Origin: an uncultured delta proteobacterium
Lineage (GTDB): Bacteria > Myxococcota_A > Polyangia > Fen-1088
NCBI GenBank assembly: GCA_963755125.1
Contig: CAVWIP010000017.1
Span: forward strand, 352,001-416,000
Direction: 5' to 3'
DNA length: 64,000 bases
Shown here: piece after piece, positions 59,524 to 64,000 of the stretch
Layout: each line of letters starts with the position of its first letter
How positions within the stretch are numbered: the stretch's first letter is position 1
Position numbers and translations under genes: made by a program
Notes under the pieces: model-generated
Database searches by the model: none
What the model saw: only the letters and a program-made list of their open reading frames with translations
What the model was told of the DNA's origin: nothing

Positions 59524-59547
59524 GCGAACCCCTTTTAGGGTTCCCAT
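59524..59547 (+). repeat. Solo degenerate terminal hairpin of the REP-like family
   Basis: GCGAACCCCTTTTAGGGTTCCCAT resembles GCGAACCCTTTGAGGGTTCCCAT. Confidence 0.7.
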
Positions 59548-59600
59548 ATCAGCCGTCGGGCGCCGACTTCGGCGGCATAACCTGGTAGTGTTCCTGCTGC

Positions 59601-60476
59601 GTGGATTCTAAAGTTCCGTTTCCTCGTCTGGCCCTCATCGGTGTCGGCTACATCGGCGGCTCCGCTGCCCTGGCCGCGCGCCGAACTGGACTGGTCGGTT
59701 CCGTGACGGGCTACGATGTGGACGCCAGGTCTGGGCCAGCGGCTCTTGCGCGCGGTGTGGTCGACGATATGGCGGGCAGTGCCGAAGCCGCGGTGGCGGG
59801 AGCGTCGCTGGTCTTGTTGGCCGCACCGGTACTAAGCCTGGCTGGCCTGCTTCGTCGCATCGGTGGGAGCCTAGCGCCCACGGCTACGATCATCGACGTC
59901 GGCAGCGTCAAGCAATCGGTCGTGCAGGAAGCCGATGCGACGGCTCTGGGTGGGCGATTCGTGGGTTGCCACCCCATGGCCGGGGCCGAGCATGCGGGCG
60001 TGGACGCCGCCGATCCCGAGATATTCGCGGGGCGGGTGTGTTTCCTGTGCCCGAGTGCGCGGAGCAGTGCCGAGGCCAAACGGGTGGCGGCGCAGTTCTG
60101 GCAGGAGATGGGCTGCCAGGTGGTGTCCATCGAGCCGTCGCTGCACGACCGCCTGATGGCGGCGGTGAGCCACTTGCCCCATGTGGCCGCCTTCGCTTTG
60201 GCCGCCAGCCTGAGCGACGCGCTTCCGTTCATCGAGTCGAATGCCTTGCCGGGAAGGCCAACCACCAGCTTGCGCGACACGATTCGCGTCGCCGCGTCCA
60301 GCCCGCAGGTGTGGCGGGACATTCTCATCGCGAACCGGGAGCATCTGCTGCCGCTGGTGCGCGAGTTGGAGCAACGGGTGTGCAGCATCGGCGCAGCCAT
60401 GGAGGCGGGAGATGCAGCCGCGTTGGAGGCGGCGTTGGCTCTCGGGCAGGCATGCCGCCAGCGGCTGGTGAAGTGA
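59601..60476 (+). CDS. tyrA: Prephenate/arogenate dehydrogenase
   Basis: IGVGYIGGS, DVGSVK, HPMAG, HD...SHLPH, W..I..AN. Confidence 0.93.
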   Translation: MDSKVPFPRLALIGVGYIGGSAALAARRTGLVGSVTGYDVDARSGPAALARGVVDDMAGSAEAAVAGASLVLLAAPVLSLAGLLRRIGGSLAPTATIIDVGSVKQSVVQEADATALGGRFVGCHPMAGAEHAGVDAADPEIFAGRVCFLCPSARSSAEAKRVAAQFWQEMGCQVVSIEPSLHDRLMAAVSHLPHVAAFALAASLSDALPFIESNALPGRPTTSLRDTIRVAASSPQVWRDILIANREHLLPLVRELEQRVCSIGAAMEAGDAAALEAALALGQACRQRLVK

Positions 60477-60484
60477 GCGCGGTT

Positions 60485-61519
60485 ATGAGATCTCTCTTGC
60501 TCGGCGCTCTTGCCGCCCTGCTGGTCACATCCTGCGCTGCCCCGGTTGCGCCAGGCCCATCGGCAGGTCCGCTGGCCGAACGCACCGCAGCCGACGACGA
60601 TGATCTCTGGGCCCTGGCGCCGGCCGAGGCAGAGCTTCTGGTCTGGGCCGACATGGCCCAGCTCCGCGAATCAGCCTGGACCAAAGCGGCGCTTTCCAAG
60701 ACGGCACTCGACGAACGCGCGACTCGGGCTGCCACACGCGGGTTCGACGAAGTGGACGACGTGGATCGCTTGCTCTACGCGACGGTTCCGGCCTTGCGCG
60801 AGGATGCGAGCATCCTGGTCGCGCAGGGGCGGATGGATCGCGAGCGCCTGGGCACGGCGTTTCGGCGTCAGCACTCGCAGGCGACCGCATCGGACTACCG
60901 TGGCGTGGCGGTGCTGGCCGAGGCGGAAGAGGCCATCGCTTTTCTCACCCAGCGGACCGTCGTGTCCGGCCCGCTGGTGGCGGTTCGTGCCACCATCGAC
61001 TGCGCTTTTGGGCTGGCCCGCAGCGCGGCCAACCAGTCGTGGTTGTCTTCTCTGCAGACCGTGCTTCGCGAGAGCAGGGGCCCGTCGCAGCGTTCGCCGG
61101 CAATGGCCGCAGCGGTGCGGTTGAGTCCGGCTATGCGCACGCAGTTCGAAGCCGAGATGGGCGAGGGCGGAACGCTGGAACAAGTCGGGGCGCGCCTCGA
61201 CCTCGGCCGTGACCTGGAGGTGGCTCTGGTCGGGCTGGTGTCCACGCACCAGCAAGCCCTGGACCTGGCCGCCCGCGTGTCCGCGGCGCTGCGCGACCAG
61301 CGCAACCGGCCCCTGGTTTTCGTCCTGGGCTTGCAGCCCATCCTGGACGGGGTTCGTCTTGCTCCCCGCGAGAATCGAGTGGAAGCACGATTGAGCATTC
61401 CCCAGGACCAGCGCGCCGAGATCGCCGATCGTATGGCGTTGGTGGCGGAGCAACTTGCGCGCCGTCGGGCCGGCGCGGCGGACAAGGGCGAGGACGCTCG
61501 CGAAGGCAAGCGAGAATGA
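60485..61519 (+). CDS. Hypothetical lipoprotein
   Basis: Lipobox VTS-C; lies between tyrA and aroA, overlapping the aroA start. Confidence 0.7.
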   Translation: MRSLLLGALAALLVTSCAAPVAPGPSAGPLAERTAADDDDLWALAPAEAELLVWADMAQLRESAWTKAALSKTALDERATRAATRGFDEVDDVDRLLYATVPALREDASILVAQGRMDRERLGTAFRRQHSQATASDYRGVAVLAEAEEAIAFLTQRTVVSGPLVAVRATIDCAFGLARSAANQSWLSSLQTVLRESRGPSQRSPAMAAAVRLSPAMRTQFEAEMGEGGTLEQVGARLDLGRDLEVALVGLVSTHQQALDLAARVSAALRDQRNRPLVFVLGLQPILDGVRLAPRENRVEARLSIPQDQRAEIADRMALVAEQLARRRAGAADKGEDAREGKRE

Positions 61520-62868
61520 GGCAAGACGATCCAAGGCCCGAACCCCTACTGCACGTAGTCCGCAGCCCCGCGCTTCGGGGCAGGGTGAGCGTGCCGGGCG
61601 ACAAGTCCATCTCGCATCGGGCCCTTCTGTTCGGCGCCCTGGCCGACGGCCCGGTCGCCATCAGCGGCTTGGGCCTGGGCGGAGACAATGCCAGCACGAT
61701 GGTGGCCTTGCGTGCGCTGGGCGTGCCCATCCAGCACGCGGGCACGGACGCGCGCGTGCTGGGAGTTGGCTTGGCCGGGCTGCGAGAGGCATCGGGCGAG
61801 CTCGACTGTGGGAACTCGGGTACCACGATGCGTCTCTTCTGCGGGCTTCTGGCGGGTCGGCCCTTCACATCCACGCTGACCGGGGACAGGTCGCTGTCGC
61901 GCCGACCGATGGCACGGGTCGCGACACCCCTGCGACGCATGGGCGCGGCCATCGACGGCCGGCAAGATGCGACCCGGCCGGGCGACTTGTTCCCGCCCCT
62001 CACGGTGCGTGGCGGGGCCTTGCAGGGTATTCGCTACGAACTTCCGGTGGCGAGCGCACAGATCAAGAGCGCCCTGCTGCTGGCTGGCTTGCAGGCCCGC
62101 GGTCCCACGGTGATCAGCGAGCCGGGCTTGTCGCGCGATCACAGCGAGCGCATGTTGCGTTTCTTCGGCGCGCCGGTCAGCGCCGAACCTGAACAACGGC
62201 GCGTGGTGGTGGATCCGACGGGATGGAACGGCCGCCTGCGCGCGGGACCGGTCAGTGTGCCCGGCGACCTGTCTTCCGCGGCGTTTCTGCTGGTGGCGGC
62301 GCTGATCGTGCCCGATAGCGACGTGACGGTGGAGAACGTCGGGCTCAACCCCACCCGGACCGGCGTGCTGGACGCCCTGCTCGCGATGGGGGCTGACTTG
62401 GAGGTCAAGGTCGCGGGTCAGGCCATGGACGAGCCAGTCGGCAGCGTGCGTGCTCGCTGGACTGCCCGAGGACTGCGGGGCACCAGGGTGGCAGGGGATC
62501 TGGCCCTGCGGTCCATCGACGAGATTCCGGCGCTGGCGGTGGCCGCGGCCATGGCCGAAGGCACCACCGAGTTCCGCGACCTGCACGAGTTGCGCGTGAA
62601 AGAATCAGACCGCATCGCCCGCATTGCGCGCGAGCTGCAGCGAGCCGGCGCGACCGTGTGCGAAGCTGCAGACGGGTTTTCCGTGATGGGCACGCGGGAA
62701 TTTCACGGCGGCCGCGTGCAGCCGGATGGCGATCACCGTATCGCCATGGCGGGTGCCATCCTGGGGCTGGTGGCGGTCGACGCGACCGAGGTGCCGAGCC
62801 AGGACATCGCGACCTCATTCCCGAGTTTCGCTCAGCTCCTGCAAGTACTGGGCGCGCCGGTGAGTTAG
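61516..62868 (+). CDS. aroA: 3-phosphoshikimate 1-carboxyvinyltransferase (EPSP synthase, class II)
   Basis: PGDKSISHR, DCGNSGT, SAQIKS, RDHSE, NPTR, KESDRI, DHRIAM. Confidence 0.97.
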   Translation: MRQDDPRPEPLLHVVRSPALRGRVSVPGDKSISHRALLFGALADGPVAISGLGLGGDNASTMVALRALGVPIQHAGTDARVLGVGLAGLREASGELDCGNSGTTMRLFCGLLAGRPFTSTLTGDRSLSRRPMARVATPLRRMGAAIDGRQDATRPGDLFPPLTVRGGALQGIRYELPVASAQIKSALLLAGLQARGPTVISEPGLSRDHSERMLRFFGAPVSAEPEQRRVVVDPTGWNGRLRAGPVSVPGDLSSAAFLLVAALIVPDSDVTVENVGLNPTRTGVLDALLAMGADLEVKVAGQAMDEPVGSVRARWTARGLRGTRVAGDLALRSIDEIPALAVAAAMAEGTTEFRDLHELRVKESDRIARIARELQRAGATVCEAADGFSVMGTREFHGGRVQPDGDHRIAMAGAILGLVAVDATEVPSQDIATSFPSFAQLLQVLGAPVS

Positions 62869-62914
62869 CACCGTCTTTCGAGGACTCACGTTTGAACCCC
62901 CGCGGGGAGAGCGG

Positions 62915-63805
62915 CTAGCTGCCTAGTATCTTCGCTAGAATGGCGTCCAGTTCGTCGAGCGAGCCGTAGTGGATCTCGATGTGGCCGCGGCCGGGTCCCG
63001 CCGCGATCAGCTTGACCCGCGCGGAGAGGGCGCGCTGCAAGCGCACGGCGAGGTCGCGCGCGGCCGGCGATTCCCTTTCGGGCGGCGGGGCAGGCCGGCC
63101 ACCGCCTTCACGTTCGCGGCGGACCAGCGCCTCGACTTGCCGGACGGAAAGCCCGCGGCTGGCAGTCTGGCGCGCCAGTCGTTCGATGACCGGGTCGTCC
63201 TCGAGGCCGAGGAGCGCGCGCGCGTGGCCCATGGACAGGCGTCCCTCGACCACCATGGCCCGCACCGAGGGCGGCAGCTTGAGCAGACGGAGAGCATTGG
63301 CCACCGTGCTGCGTTCCTTGCCCACCCGCTCGGCCAGCGATTCTTGCGTGTAACCGAACTCCGCCACCAGACGTTGGTAGGCCTCCGCCTCTTCGATGGG
63401 GTTGAGATCTTCGCGCTGCAGGTTCTCGACCAGCGCCATCTCGAAAGCCTGCGCCTCGGTCACCTCGCGGATGATCGCCGGCACCTGGTGCAGCCCGGCC
63501 CGCTGGGCCGCCCGCCAGCGCCGCTCGCCCGCGACCAGCTCGAAGCCGCCGGCTGATCGCATCCGCAGCACCAGAGGTTCGATGATGCCCTGGCTGCGGA
63601 TGGACTCGGCCAGCTCAGCAAGCCGGGCGTCGTCGAAGGTCTTGCGCGGCTGTCTTCCCGAGGGGTGGATGTTCTCGATGTCGACCGTGCGCAGGCCGTC
63701 GCCGGTCTTGGCCTGCGTCCTATCTCCGGCATCGGGGACTGCCGCAGCCGGGATCAGGGCGGCCAGACCACGCCCCAGGGCCTGGCGCTTTCCCGCACCA
63801 GTCAC
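62915..63805 (-). CDS. parB: ParB/Spo0J partition protein
   Basis: ALGRGL, QPRK, GERRWRA, ENLQREDLNPIEEA, HTH RSTVANALRLL. Confidence 0.97.
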   Translation of the reverse strand: MTGAGKRQALGRGLAALIPAAAVPDAGDRTQAKTGDGLRTVDIENIHPSGRQPRKTFDDARLAELAESIRSQGIIEPLVLRMRSAGGFELVAGERRWRAAQRAGLHQVPAIIREVTEAQAFEMALVENLQREDLNPIEEAEAYQRLVAEFGYTQESLAERVGKERSTVANALRLLKLPPSVRAMVVEGRLSMGHARALLGLEDDPVIERLARQTASRGLSVRQVEALVRREREGGGRPAPPPERESPAARDLAVRLQRALSARVKLIAAGPGRGHIEIHYGSLDELDAILAKILGS

Positions 63806-63999
63806 GAAGCCTCCGCTTTGGGTCGCGCGTGGCGGGCGAGAAACTCGCGCGCGGCCTCCATGTAGCTCTTGGCGCCCTTGGAGGCGACGTCATAGAGCAG
63901 GATCGGCTTGCCAAACGACGGCGCTTCCGACAAGCGCACGTTGCGCGGAATGGGCGTGTCGTACACCCGGCCGCCGAAGTGTTTGCGCACCTCGCTCGC
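63802..63999 (-). CDS. parA: ParA/Soj ATPase, C-terminal part (runs off the right edge)
   Basis: IPRNVRLSEAPSFGKP; overlaps the parB start. Confidence 0.93.
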   Translation of the reverse strand, partial: ASEVRKHFGGRVYDTPIPRNVRLSEAPSFGKPILLYDVASKGAKSYMEAAREFLARHARPKAEAS

Positions 64000-64000
64000 C

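Noticed and set aside
62869..64000. parS sites or DnaA boxes near parAB
   Set aside because: No GTTTCACGTGAAAC-like or TTATCCACA-like match seen by eye in this part of the window.

Overview
High-GC bacterial chromosome segment. The gene content (TPR, FHA and PilZ proteins, Hanks kinase with PP2C phosphatase, Cys-rich lipoproteins, multiheme cytochromes, ECF sigma/ZAS anti-sigma pair) suggests Myxococcota or a related deltaproteobacterial lineage; this is an inference. The right half is mostly housekeeping: metX-metW, era, der, yfgM/bamB-like, queA, tgt, elbB, tRNA-Met, lepA, lepB, tyrA, aroA, parB, parA. The most notable part is 13-31 kb. It holds an operon joining an ImcH-like quinol-oxidising multiheme cytochrome to hemA, a two-component pair and hemN, plus a monoheme cytochrome and a three-gene porin-cytochrome cluster (about 13-heme lipoprotein, beta-barrel, 13-heme cytochrome). 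Together these look like a nearly complete extracellular electron transfer chain. Between them lies a copper-efflux operon collapsed by deletions, with its sigma-54 promoter and sensor/activator pair still intact. The window also has a dispersed REP/REPIN-like element family, two apparent pseudoenzymes, a likely CTG start for queA and many apparently leaderless genes. All calls come from motif reading only; no database searches were run.
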